A DNA stretch of 64,000 nucleotides, taken from NCBI GenBank assembly GCA_964534895.1, contig CAZHQB010000001.1:561-64560 (forward strand). The letters run 5' to 3'. The translations under genes were made by a program, and so were the position numbers. Position 1 is the stretch's first letter; every line of letters begins with the position of its first letter. Shown here in pieces: positions 1-13,349 of this stretch. This DNA comes from an uncultured Micavibrio sp. (GTDB lineage: Bacteria; Patescibacteriota; Minisyncoccia; Moranbacterales; GCA-2747515). Below the pieces are notes generated by a model, which saw only the letters and a list, made by a program, of their open reading frames with translations, did no database searches and was not told where the DNA came from.

Positions 1-450
1 AATAAAAATGATTTTCATTTGTATAAAATATCGTCAAATGTAGGTTTTATTGTCTATGATTTTTCACAAGAGGCTTGTATTAAATTTACATTTAAAGAGG
101 CAAGTGATGAGCAAGGTGGTTATAATGCTCCAGCACTTTGGATGGAATCGGATACTTCTGTAGGTGTAAATGATACTGATGATTGTATTAATGGCCAAGG
201 AGTGTGGAGTCCTAGTAGTGATACATATAAAAAGCAAAGATTAACAAGTGGTAGTGTAACGGGTGTATTTATGGTTGCTCCGACTAGATATATGGATCAC
301 AAAAATTCTCGTACGACTGATACAATGGGTAGAGCGACAATAGGCATGAAAGTAGAACCAAAAAATAATTCAGATACAGATCATGTAGATCCTGTTTATA
401 TTCAGAGTTCTGTGGCTTTGTATGATTATCCATCAGATTTGAGTTTTTAA
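1..450 (+). CDS. 5'-truncated protein, probably the C-terminal part of a minor pilin (PilW/PulJ-like)
   Basis: Frame is open from base 1 (NKNDFHLYKISS...). The C-terminus RATIGMKV...VYIQSSVALYDY resembles minor-pilin ends, and the next gene is PilX-like. Confidence 0.45.
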   Translation, partial: NKNDFHLYKISSNVGFIVYDFSQEACIKFTFKEASDEQGGYNAPALWMESDTSVGVNDTDDCINGQGVWSPSSDTYKKQRLTSGSVTGVFMVAPTRYMDHKNSRTTDTMGRATIGMKVEPKNNSDTDHVDPVYIQSSVALYDYPSDLSF

Positions 451-470
451 CAAAAAGATAAATTTTTTCT

Positions 471-596
471 GTAGAGATTGGTTTATGTCTAGTTTTACAT
501 GTTTGGAAATGTAATGGACACAAAAACATATCGTACCTAGGTACAATCTCGCTTTTGCACAATGAACTTTGCAGGAACGGGTTTGTAACCCGTTTT
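471..596. repeat. Degenerate REP/BIME-like palindromic repeat, copy 1
   Basis: 471-563 aligns with 2226-2318 and shares an exact ATGTTTGGAAATGTAATGGA. It is followed by the hairpin GCAGGAACGGGTTTGTAACCCGTTTT (571-596). Confidence 0.7.
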
Positions 597-676
597 GGAT
601 GTTTAGAGATATAGTTTTATTTTTGCAAAATAAGGTGAAATTTAATTCTTACAAAATAATTAATAATTATATTTAT

Positions 677-2209
677 ATGAAAAAACAAAAAGGATCTGTG
701 TTAGTATTTGCGCTTATTATATTATCTTTTATACTTTTGGCAACATTTTCGCTTTCGTCGATTTCTATGATTGAGCGTAGGAGTGCTGATATCACTGTTA
801 ATTCTTCGTCGGCATTTCAACAAGCAGATAAAGGGATGGAAGAGTTTTTGCAAGGTATTTATAAAGATCTTGACCCAAATAATACGTTAAATGATTTTGC
901 AGATGCATTGAATAATATGTATGGAGGAGGACACGATTACGATTGTCAGTCATCGTCAGGACCTAATCCTCCACCAGTTAGAATGGGTAATCAAAATACA
1001 GAGTTTATCATTACTGCATATACAGATGAAGGTGATACGGGTGATGACACAGTAGGTGAATCTAATGATAATAAGGTTACGGGAGGTTGGGGACACACTC
1101 ATGCAATTACAGATTGTGATACTCAACTTGCAGATGTGGCTAGATTTCGTTCAACTGGAAATCATAATAATGCAGCGCGTGCGGTATTTTTGCGGTTAAA
1201 AGATAGTTTGAGACGAGGACTGGTATCGCATTGGTCATTTGAAGACAGAGCACAAAATGCACGCTTAACAGATGAGGATGATTTAAAAACATCATTTATG
1301 GCTGGTGATTCGTCGAGAAATAATTATAATTTAACACTTTGTAAGTTAAACACTGCTGGTGGCGATAGTTCAGTTAAAATAAAAGATGGTGGTGTTAACG
1401 AAAATGGTGACCCAATAGATGTATATGTGCAGTCATTTGATGCGTGTGAAAAGGCTACTTCTAAGATGAATCATAAAAAACAAGGTAATCCTTCCTGTGA
1501 TGAATGTAATACTAATGGTTCATGGGTAGAGGGAATTGTAAAAGAAGAAGTTGGAGTTTCAAACGTTGGAAGTGGGGAGGGTGATGCGGCATTTGGCACT
1601 GATGCAAAAGAAGCATTGCATTTTAGTGGAAATACTTATCTTACTGCGCTTGTGAAGGATGGGGAATGTCACGGTTCGCCATACGATTGCTCAATCACAG
1701 CAAATTATGTAGACAATAGTAGTGCAGATAAATTAAATTTGACAAATGGGATTTCAATTTCTGCATGGATAAAATCTACTGGCACTGGCACAATTTTATC
1801 TAAATGGAATAATGATAAAGGATATAAATTATATGTCAAAAGCGCTAATGAAGTTTGTTTTGAGTTGAATGATAAAAAAATATGTAAAGATAATCTGTCT
1901 TTGGATAGTTGGACAAATATTATAGTTACTTGGCGCAAAGAGAATGGCGATAATGATATGAAAATGTATATTAACACAGAGAAACAGGGCTTTGCACCAA
2001 ATGTGAGTTTAACTAATGGTATAAATGTGCTGTCAGATGTGCCATTGTCAATTGGAGCACAGTTAGGTGATAATTATACTGCAAGTAATTATTTTACAGG
2101 TGATATTGATGATGTGAGAATATGGGACAGGGCATTGACTGAAGCTGAAGTACAAAGATTATGTATAGATGCAGTAGGAAAGAAAGATAATGGAAGTTGT
2201 GATATATAA
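677..2209 (+). CDS. PilX-like minor pilin with C-terminal LamG/concanavalin-like domain
   Basis: ATG at 677 gives a class III-like leader KKQKG|SVLVFAL and AFQQADKGMEE (PilX N-term). LamG motifs: LVSHWSFE, ISISAWIK, FTGDIDDVRIWDRALTEAEV. Confidence 0.8.
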   Translation: MKKQKGSVLVFALIILSFILLATFSLSSISMIERRSADITVNSSSAFQQADKGMEEFLQGIYKDLDPNNTLNDFADALNNMYGGGHDYDCQSSSGPNPPPVRMGNQNTEFIITAYTDEGDTGDDTVGESNDNKVTGGWGHTHAITDCDTQLADVARFRSTGNHNNAARAVFLRLKDSLRRGLVSHWSFEDRAQNARLTDEDDLKTSFMAGDSSRNNYNLTLCKLNTAGGDSSVKIKDGGVNENGDPIDVYVQSFDACEKATSKMNHKKQGNPSCDECNTNGSWVEGIVKEEVGVSNVGSGEGDAAFGTDAKEALHFSGNTYLTALVKDGECHGSPYDCSITANYVDNSSADKLNLTNGISISAWIKSTGTGTILSKWNNDKGYKLYVKSANEVCFELNDKKICKDNLSLDSWTNIIVTWRKENGDNDMKMYINTEKQGFAPNVSLTNGINVLSDVPLSIGAQLGDNYTASNYFTGDIDDVRIWDRALTEAEVQRLCIDAVGKKDNGSCDI

Positions 2210-2225
2210 TTTTATAGAAATTTTT

Positions 2226-2396
2226 GCAGAAGTTGGTTTGTAACTAGTTCCTTATGTTTGGAAATGTAATGGATACAGAAATATATCGGACCGAAGCACA
2301 ACCTCGCTCCAGCACAATTAAGGCACAACTTTACTCCTACATAATTAAGACTTAACCTCGCTTCTGCATAATTTTGCACCTGCGTGTTGAGTGCAA
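2226..2396. repeat. REP-like repeat copy 2 plus three degenerate 27-nt tandem units
   Basis: Homologous to 471-563. Units at 2296-2322, 2323-2349 and 2350-2376 (GCACAACCTCGCTCCAGCACAATTAAG-like). Confidence 0.7.
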
Positions 2397-2473
2397 CCTT
2401 ATTTTTGTTTAATAATGCACAACTCTACTTTTGTAATTATGGTACAGTACTACTTCTATAAAATTTAAAATAA

Positions 2474-4558
<2,085 letters not shown>

Positions 4559-4633
4559 TAAAATTTTTAGATATTGTACAAAATTTAAGTAATGACATAT
4601 AATTAGAAGTGAGATTATTAGTAAATATATTTT

Positions 4634-5449
4634 ATGACAGAAGAAAAAAATATCCAAAATACACAAACACCACCAAAAGCAACACAACCACAGGAAGTTT
4701 TACAACAGGGATCTAGTAGTGCACAACGATTTCATTATAGTGGATTTTGGGTGCGTGGAGCTGCACGTATAATTGATGGTTTAATTATAGGTCCTATAGT
4801 TGCTATTATTGTATTACCGGTTGGTTTTGTAGTAGGTATGGTGTCTTCCATGAATGATTCTGTATTTATAAATATTGTTGGTCAAGTTATTTTTGCAATC
4901 ATTGGACTTATGGTTGGATGGGGCTACTATATATTTATGACATATAAGTTTCAAGCAACTCTCGGTAAAATGGCAGTTGGAGCAAAAGTAATTAATGAAA
5001 ATGGACAAAAATTATCATTAGGTAGTGTAATTTTGCGTGAGACAGTAGGTAAATTTGTTTCTGGACTTATACTTAGTATTGGATATTTGATGGCAGCATT
5101 TACTTCAAAAAAACAAGCATTACATGATATGATAGCACATTCAGCTGTAATTTATAAGGATGCTCAAAAAGGCGCAAATAGAACTGTTGTTTCTATTGTC
5201 TATGTTCTGTATGGTTTGTTGCTCATGATGCTTTTTGCTATAATATTTTTTGTCATTTTTATTGTAGGACTTGCTGGTTTTCAAGCTACTCATTCTGGCA
5301 ATACTTCAAATTCTGTTTTTAATAGCATAAAAAATGAGGTAGAACATGACGATAATTTTTTGAAAGATTTAGATGATGATATAAATAATATATCAAATGA
5401 TAAACAAAATTACGATATGATGAATTATGATGATGAAGTAAATTATTAA
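4634..5449 (+). CDS. RDD family membrane protein
   Basis: GFWVRGAARIID, TLGKMAVG and KQALHDMIA motifs; several TM segments. Confidence 0.9.
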   Translation: MTEEKNIQNTQTPPKATQPQEVLQQGSSSAQRFHYSGFWVRGAARIIDGLIIGPIVAIIVLPVGFVVGMVSSMNDSVFINIVGQVIFAIIGLMVGWGYYIFMTYKFQATLGKMAVGAKVINENGQKLSLGSVILRETVGKFVSGLILSIGYLMAAFTSKKQALHDMIAHSAVIYKDAQKGANRTVVSIVYVLYGLLLMMLFAIIFFVIFIVGLAGFQATHSGNTSNSVFNSIKNEVEHDDNFLKDLDDDINNISNDKQNYDMMNYDDEVNY

Positions 5450-5493
5450 AGAAATACAAACTTTATAAAACTAATAGGATAATAAGACAATAT

Positions 5494-5784
5494 ATGAATT
5501 TAACAAAAGAAGAAGTACATGATGTTGCTCTTTTGGCGAGAATTGGTGTAAGTGATGATGAGGTAGATTCTTATCAAAAAGATTTATCAAGTGTATTGGG
5601 ATATTTTGAAAAATTACAAGAAGTAGATACAGAAAATATAGAAGAAATTGGTCACATAACAGGTGTAACAAATGTATATCGTGTAGATAGTGTAGTAGAA
5701 ATGGAACAAGATGGAAAAGAGTTAATAATGAAAAATGTACCGAACAAACGAGATGACTATATAGAAGTAAAAAGTGTATTATAA
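5494..5784 (+). CDS. gatC: Asp/Glu-tRNA amidotransferase subunit C
   Basis: EVHDVALLARI...LQEVDTENIE; directly upstream of gatA. Confidence 0.95.
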   Translation: MNLTKEEVHDVALLARIGVSDDEVDSYQKDLSSVLGYFEKLQEVDTENIEEIGHITGVTNVYRVDSVVEMEQDGKELIMKNVPNKRDDYIEVKSVL

Positions 5785-5859
5785 GTTAAATCAAAGTATG
5801 AAGAGATAAAAAGTAAATATAAAATTATTTACTTGTTTGTATGTTTATAAATTTTTAGT

Positions 5860-7287
5860 ATGATTAGAGATTTACATAAAAAATTATTAGATGGGGAAAT
5901 AACTTCCAAAGAGCTTACTCAGAAATATTTGGATACAATTGAACAAACTGATTCGGAGTTGAATGCTTTTTTGACTATAACAAAAGATTTGGCTTTGAAA
6001 CAGGCTGATGAAGTAGATGAAAAAATAAAAAAAGGTGAAAAGGTTGATCTTTTGGCAGGATTGCCTTGTGCTCTTAAAGATAATATTTGTGTAACAAATG
6101 TAAAAACAACAGCTTCTTCTAAAATACTTGAAAATTATATTGCACCATATGATGCAACTGTTTCAAAGCGTATAAAAGATAGCGGTGCAGTTATACTTGG
6201 TAAAACAAATTTGGATGAATTTGCGTGTGGAGGTAGTACGGAGACCTCAGCCTTTGGTCCAAGTAAAAACCCTATTGATACAAGTCGTGTACCTGGTGGT
6301 TCTAGTGGTGGAAGTGTTGTGGCTGTTGCTTCTGGTGAAAGTGTGTGGGCATTGGGCACTGATACAGGAGGATCTGTGAGACAGCCATCAAGTTTTTGTG
6401 GCACTGTTGGACTTAAACCTACTTATGGGAGAGTGTCACGTTATGGAATAATTGCAATGGGTTCAAGTCTTGATCAGGTAGGTCCTATTACAAAAACTGT
6501 AGAAGATGCTGCAATAGTATTGTCTAGAATTGCTGGGCGCGATGAGTTGGATGCTACTAGTGCAAAAAGTAGTGACAAACCATATGAAGATTATTGTGTT
6601 GGGGATATAAAAGGTGCAAAAATTGGAATACCTAGTGAATATTTGGGAGAGGGATTGGATGATTCTGTAAAAGAGGTGTTTATGAAAGCTGTTGAGAAAT
6701 ATAAAAAGTTAGGGGCTAGTGTAGTAGATGTAAAATTGCCACATACTGAATATGCTCTAGCTACGTATTACATTGTTATGCCAGCAGAGCTTAGCTCAAA
6801 TCTTGCTAGGTTAGATGGCATGCGTTATGGAGCAGTAGAGGGTGTAGAACCAAAAACGATACTAGATCAGTATTTAGAATCTCGTGGCAAAGGATTTGGA
6901 GCTGAAGTAAAAAGACGTATTATGCTTGGTACGTATATATTATCAGCGGGATACTATGATGCTTATTATAAAAAGGCTCAAAAAGTACGTGCACTTATTA
7001 AAAAAGATTTTGAAAATGTATTTGAAGAAGTTGATTATATTTTTACTCCGACATCACCAGAAGTAGCATTTAAATTTGGAGAAAAAACAGATGATCCTTT
7101 GAAAATGTATTTGTCTGATATTTATACGGTAACAGCAAATTTAGCTGGTGTGCCAGCGATATCTATCCCTATTGGAACTGTAGATGTAGATGGAAAGGCA
7201 TTGCCAGTTGGTGGGCAACTCATGGGTAAGTGGTTTGATGAAGAGGGAATACTTAATGCTGGCTATACATTTGAAATAAATTCATAA
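5860..7287 (+). CDS. gatA: Asp/Glu-tRNA amidotransferase subunit A
   Basis: Amidase signature GGSSGGS, GTDTGGSVRQP, EVKRRIMLG. Confidence 0.98.
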   Translation: MIRDLHKKLLDGEITSKELTQKYLDTIEQTDSELNAFLTITKDLALKQADEVDEKIKKGEKVDLLAGLPCALKDNICVTNVKTTASSKILENYIAPYDATVSKRIKDSGAVILGKTNLDEFACGGSTETSAFGPSKNPIDTSRVPGGSSGGSVVAVASGESVWALGTDTGGSVRQPSSFCGTVGLKPTYGRVSRYGIIAMGSSLDQVGPITKTVEDAAIVLSRIAGRDELDATSAKSSDKPYEDYCVGDIKGAKIGIPSEYLGEGLDDSVKEVFMKAVEKYKKLGASVVDVKLPHTEYALATYYIVMPAELSSNLARLDGMRYGAVEGVEPKTILDQYLESRGKGFGAEVKRRIMLGTYILSAGYYDAYYKKAQKVRALIKKDFENVFEEVDYIFTPTSPEVAFKFGEKTDDPLKMYLSDIYTVTANLAGVPAISIPIGTVDVDGKALPVGGQLMGKWFDEEGILNAGYTFEINS

Positions 7288-7304
7288 AGACGTTGCTTAG
7301 TATC

Positions 7305-7832
7305 ATGGAAGAAATTTTTATTACAATATTTACGACAATTCAGGAATGGTACACTTTATTCTTACAAAGTACAACATTTTTTGTGATTAAAATTTTTCTT
7401 GTAATTTATTCTACTGTTTTAATTGTTGATGTTATGATGCTTGTATATTTAAGTGATGTTCGTAATCAATTACGTAAATTACAAAAAGGTGTTTCAAATA
7501 TAAAAGCAACTAAAAAATCAGATATGAGAGAGTGGGCATCTATTATGAGTAGATTAAAATCACAAGATGAAAAACAATATAGAGCTGCGTTATTGCAAGC
7601 TGATCAATTTGTTTATAAATCATTAGAATTGCAAGGGTATAATGGAACAAATTTTGCAGAACGTTTAGCGCAGATTCCAGCAGGTGCCTACACATCTTTG
7701 GATGTTGTTCGTGATGTGCATTCACTTGTAAAGCAGATTGTAGCAAAAGATGATTTGCGTATAACAAAGGAGCAAGCAAAAAATGCTTTGGGTGTATATG
7801 AAATATTTTTACAAGCTTTGGATGTCTTGTGA
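7305..7832 (+). CDS. Hypothetical single-pass membrane protein
   Basis: ORF with one N-terminal TM helix and a helical C-domain; ATG at 7305 preferred over TTG at 7293. Confidence 0.75.
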   Translation: MEEIFITIFTTIQEWYTLFLQSTTFFVIKIFLVIYSTVLIVDVMMLVYLSDVRNQLRKLQKGVSNIKATKKSDMREWASIMSRLKSQDEKQYRAALLQADQFVYKSLELQGYNGTNFAERLAQIPAGAYTSLDVVRDVHSLVKQIVAKDDLRITKEQAKNALGVYEIFLQALDVL

Positions 7833-7853
7833 TTTAGATTTATATTAGAATAG

Positions 7854-7882
7854 TTGACAGTATATTTTTTGCATGGTACAAT
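7854..7882 (+). promoter_or_regulatory. Sigma70 promoter of the tRNA cluster
   Basis: TTGACA-17 nt-TACAAT with an extended TG. Confidence 0.75.
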
Positions 7883-7921
7883 TTTTTTTGTATATGGAGA
7901 TATATTTTTGTATTAAATTAT

Positions 7922-7995
7922 AGCGGGGTAGAGCAGTTTGGCAGCTCGTCTGGCTCATAACCAGGAGGTCGTAGGTTCAAATCCTACCCCCGCAA
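7922..7995 (+). tRNA. tRNA-fMet (CAT), initiator
   Basis: A1:A72 mismatch, GCGGGG/CCCCGC acceptor, A11:U24, CTCATAA loop, GTTCAAATC T-loop; no encoded CCA. Confidence 0.92.
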
Positions 7996-8001
7996 CAACC
8001 A

Positions 8002-8051
8002 AGTTATAAAGTTTATAAAGTTAAATACTTTTAGCTTTATAACTTATAACT
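8002..8051. repeat. AT-rich intergenic hairpin between tRNAs
   Basis: AGTTATAAAGTTTATAAAGTTAAA pairs imperfectly with TTTAGCTTTATAACTTATAACT. Confidence 0.55.
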
Positions 8052-8057
8052 GAGTAA

Positions 8058-8131
8058 GTCAGGGTAGCTCAGTTGGTTAGAGCGCGGGACTCATAAGCCC
8101 GAGGTCGAGAGTTCAAATCTCTCCCCTGATA
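8058..8131 (+). tRNA. tRNA with CAT anticodon (elongator Met or Ile2)
   Basis: GTCAGGG/CCCTGAT acceptor, CTCATAA loop, canonical D and T arms. Confidence 0.9.
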
Positions 8132-8157
8132 CATGTCGAAATTTAATATTTTTTGTT

Positions 8158-8235
8158 GGGGGCGTAGCTCAGCCTGGTTAGAGCGTCTGCCTGTCACGCA
8201 GAAGGTCGCCGGTTCGAGCCCGGTCGTCCCCGCCA
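8158..8235 (+). tRNA. tRNA-Asp (GTC)
   Basis: GGGGGCG/CGTCCCC acceptor, G73, encoded CCA, CTGTCAC loop. Confidence 0.95.
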
Positions 8236-8324
8236 ATAATAGTTTTGTATTATATAAAAGTAAAACAATCAGCATGAATATGATTGTTTTTTTATATTTT
8301 GAAGGAATATCTATATAAAATAAA

Positions 8325-8500
8325 AGGTCCTCAATGCAAATGTGCATATGAATCCCTTTTGAAAAAATATCGGAAAAAATAAATTTTTTCCCTGTAGTTC
8401 AGGTGGGTTTCATGCCCCAGTCATATTTTTAGACAAAGATTATTATTCTTTATTTAAAAATATGACTGGGTTATTCAGCACACTATTCTGAAGACCTTCC
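8325..8500 (-). ncRNA. ssrS: 6S-like RNA (SsrS candidate)
   Basis: About 175-nt rod: closing stem AGGTCTTCAG/TTGAGGACCT, TGTGC/GCACA, TGAAT/ATTCA, a 16-bp perfect hairpin, and CCCACCTGAAC...TTCAAAAGGG as in 6S RNAs. It has its own consensus promoter. Confidence 0.62.
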
Positions 8501-8506
8501 AATTAT

Positions 8507-8536
8507 ATTATAGTAATTTTTTTATATTTTTGTCAA
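8507..8536 (-). promoter_or_regulatory. Consensus sigma70 promoter for the minus-strand ncRNA
   Basis: TTGACA (8536-8531)-18 nt-TATAAT (8512-8507); predicted start near 8500. Confidence 0.75.
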
Positions 8537-8595
8537 TATATAAATTTTGTATTTATAACCATTTATCTTTCTCTAAAAAGTTCGTTATAAAATCC

Positions 8596-8707
8596 GTTAT
8601 CTCGAATGTAAACTAAGTGGGATAGAAATCTCGATATTCACAATATTAGTGATCACTTTTAGAGTTATGAAATTTCTTGACTTCATTTGTAATGTACTCG
8701 AGATAGC
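8596..8707. repeat. Degenerate GTCAT...ATGAC-type palindromic element
   Basis: Ends GTTATCTCGA / TCGAGATAGC with inner AGAAATCTC / GAAATTTCT. Confidence 0.5.
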
Positions 8708-8891
8708 AAATTATATAAATCGTATTCAACATGTAAAATGTAAACAGCACTACGATATCCAACAAGTAATGTAATTAAGTTTTTTTACTATTATGTTGGA
8801 TAAATTTGAATAGTTACGTATATTTTTCTTGTCAAAAATTGCTCTAGAGAGTATAATTACAAGTGAAATATTTACAAGAAAAATATAATTT

Positions 8892-11283
<2,392 letters not shown>

Positions 11284-11303
11284 TTTATTTTAATTGTAAT
11301 AAA

Positions 11304-11924
11304 ATGACAAAAAAGATAAATAAAGCAGAAAAAAAAGAAAAAACATTTGATGAATATTATAGAAAAAATATTCTTGCAACCAAAAATTCTCTTGAGAGAA
11401 TTAATATTGTATGTGAAAGACTTAAAAAGAAATATGAGGATTATGAGGAGACAAAAGAATTTATAGAATATATAAAATCTGTAGAGGAGATATTTATGAG
11501 TGCAAAAAAAGAATCTTGGAGTATTGAAAAAACAGAGGATGAGTTGATAAAAGGAGAGATTTATTTATTGTCTCAATCTACTGGTATAAAAGAGGAAATA
11601 TTTGTGAGTATATATGAAGAATTTGCACAAACTAGTCATAATGTTGCAAAAATTCAAGAAATTGCAAGTGCACTTATTGAAAAATATAGTAATATCGAAG
11701 ACTGTTTTGAATGTGAGGGCTGTAGAGAATTTATTAGGTATGTTAAGGATGCTTTGCTGGTATTTTCTAAATCATTAGAAGGAAATGAAGCTTTTGATGA
11801 AATTAGTGAAGTAAAGATGGAATTTATAAAGTTACAAATGCAGAGGATGTCAGAAGATGATAAACCGCCATTTGAAATTTTACAAGAGATTTATGAAGAG
11901 TTTGTTAATGGATTAAAAAAATAG
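11304..11924 (+). CDS. Hypothetical acidic helical protein with internal duplication and CxxCxxC
   Basis: Two ~80-aa repeats (KY..EFI.Y.K..IK..IYEEF); CFECEGC in the second. Confidence 0.8.
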   Translation: MTKKINKAEKKEKTFDEYYRKNILATKNSLERINIVCERLKKKYEDYEETKEFIEYIKSVEEIFMSAKKESWSIEKTEDELIKGEIYLLSQSTGIKEEIFVSIYEEFAQTSHNVAKIQEIASALIEKYSNIEDCFECEGCREFIRYVKDALLVFSKSLEGNEAFDEISEVKMEFIKLQMQRMSEDDKPPFEILQEIYEEFVNGLKK

Positions 11925-12003
11925 ATACACAAAATACTTGTAAAAAAGAAAAATTTGGTGTATATTTGGACACAGGTTTTATTTAGTTTAATTTTATGTT
12001 TTT

Positions 12004-13278
12004 ATGCTTGGAAAATTCAAAAATATTTTTGCAGTAAAAGAATTGCGTAACAAAATATTATTTATATTTTTTGTATTGATAGTTTTTCGTTTTGCTGCAA
12101 ATATTCCGCTTCCAGGTGTAAGTGTAGAGAGATTGCAGGAACTTTTTGAGTCAAATCAATTGTTGGGAATGTTAAATATGTTTTCTGGAGGTGGTTTGTC
12201 TAACATCTCGATTGTTTTGTTGGGAGTTGGTCCATATATTACATCTTCGATTATTATGCAACTTATGACGATGATTGTACCAAAGTTTGAGCAGATGAAT
12301 AAAGAGGAAGGGGAAGCAGGACGTCAAAAATTTAATATGATTACACGTGTGTTAACTGTACCATTAGCCATTGTTCAAACAGTTGGTATGATTACATTAT
12401 TAAAATCACAAGGTGTAATTCAAAATTTAAATTCATTCAATTTTGTAATTATGGTTTTAACAGCAGTAGCTGGTACAATATTTCTGATGTGGCTTGGTGA
12501 ACTTATTACAGAGAAAAAATTAGGTAATGGTGTGTCGATTATAATTTTTGCCGGTATTGTTGCCAGTCTTCCCACAGCTTTTATACAATTTAAGGCAACC
12601 TTTGATTCGACTCAAATTTTTACTTATTTGACCTTTTTGGGTATTACTATTGTTACGATTTTGGGAGTTGTTTTTGTTACTGAAGGTCAGCGAATTATAC
12701 CCGTATCATATGCGCGTAGAGCTCGTGGTGGACAACAATATGGTGGAGTACGTACTCATTTGCCACTTCGTGTGAATCAAGCCGGAGTCATACCGATTAT
12801 TTTTGCTGTTTCTCTGGTACTTTTTCCTAGAATGATTGGGCAATTTTTGATGCAAATGAATAATGGAACTCTTGCAGCATTTGGAACAACCCTTACCAAC
12901 CTTTTTGCAAATCAATGGGTATATGGAATAACATATTTCCTATTAGTTGTAGCTTTTACATATTTTTATACGGCTGTAATTTTTGATCCAGAAAAAATTG
13001 CAGAAAATTTACAAAGACAAGGGGGCTATGTAGAGGGTATGCGACCAGGTAATGAAACAGCAGAATATTTAGGTAAAATAGTGAATCGTATTACTCTTAC
13101 AGGTTCATTATTTTTGGGACTTATTGCAGTTCTTCCTATTATTGTTCAAGCATTTATTACAAATTCTCAAACTCTTACAATCAGAGGAGCGAGTATTTTA
13201 ATTATTGTTTCTGTTGTTATAGAAATAATAAAGCAAGTCGATGCTCAATTAGTTATGCGTGATTATGAAAGTATTTGA
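12004..13278 (+). CDS. secY: Preprotein translocase SecY
   Basis: LGVGPYITSSIIMQL, GNGVSIIIFAG, NQAGVIPIIFA, GMRPG. Confidence 0.98.
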   Translation: MLGKFKNIFAVKELRNKILFIFFVLIVFRFAANIPLPGVSVERLQELFESNQLLGMLNMFSGGGLSNISIVLLGVGPYITSSIIMQLMTMIVPKFEQMNKEEGEAGRQKFNMITRVLTVPLAIVQTVGMITLLKSQGVIQNLNSFNFVIMVLTAVAGTIFLMWLGELITEKKLGNGVSIIIFAGIVASLPTAFIQFKATFDSTQIFTYLTFLGITIVTILGVVFVTEGQRIIPVSYARRARGGQQYGGVRTHLPLRVNQAGVIPIIFAVSLVLFPRMIGQFLMQMNNGTLAAFGTTLTNLFANQWVYGITYFLLVVAFTYFYTAVIFDPEKIAENLQRQGGYVEGMRPGNETAEYLGKIVNRITLTGSLFLGLIAVLPIIVQAFITNSQTLTIRGASILIIVSVVIEIIKQVDAQLVMRDYESI

Positions 13279-13349
13279 ATAAATTCTACAATAATGATTT
13301 TTGAATTTTTTTAATATAAAATTATTCGTAAGATTATAGATATAATAAT

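Noticed and set aside
569-676. N-terminal extension of the 546-aa ORF from TTG 569
   Set aside because: It runs through a REP hairpin; ATG 677 gives a proper pilin leader.
2296-2376. Possible mini-CRISPR array
   Set aside because: Units abut without unique spacers, are degenerate, and no cas genes are present.
8069-8347. ORFs 8069-8347(-) and 8133-8318(+)
   Set aside because: They are translations of tRNA genes (GLEPAT, RSSAWLER patterns).
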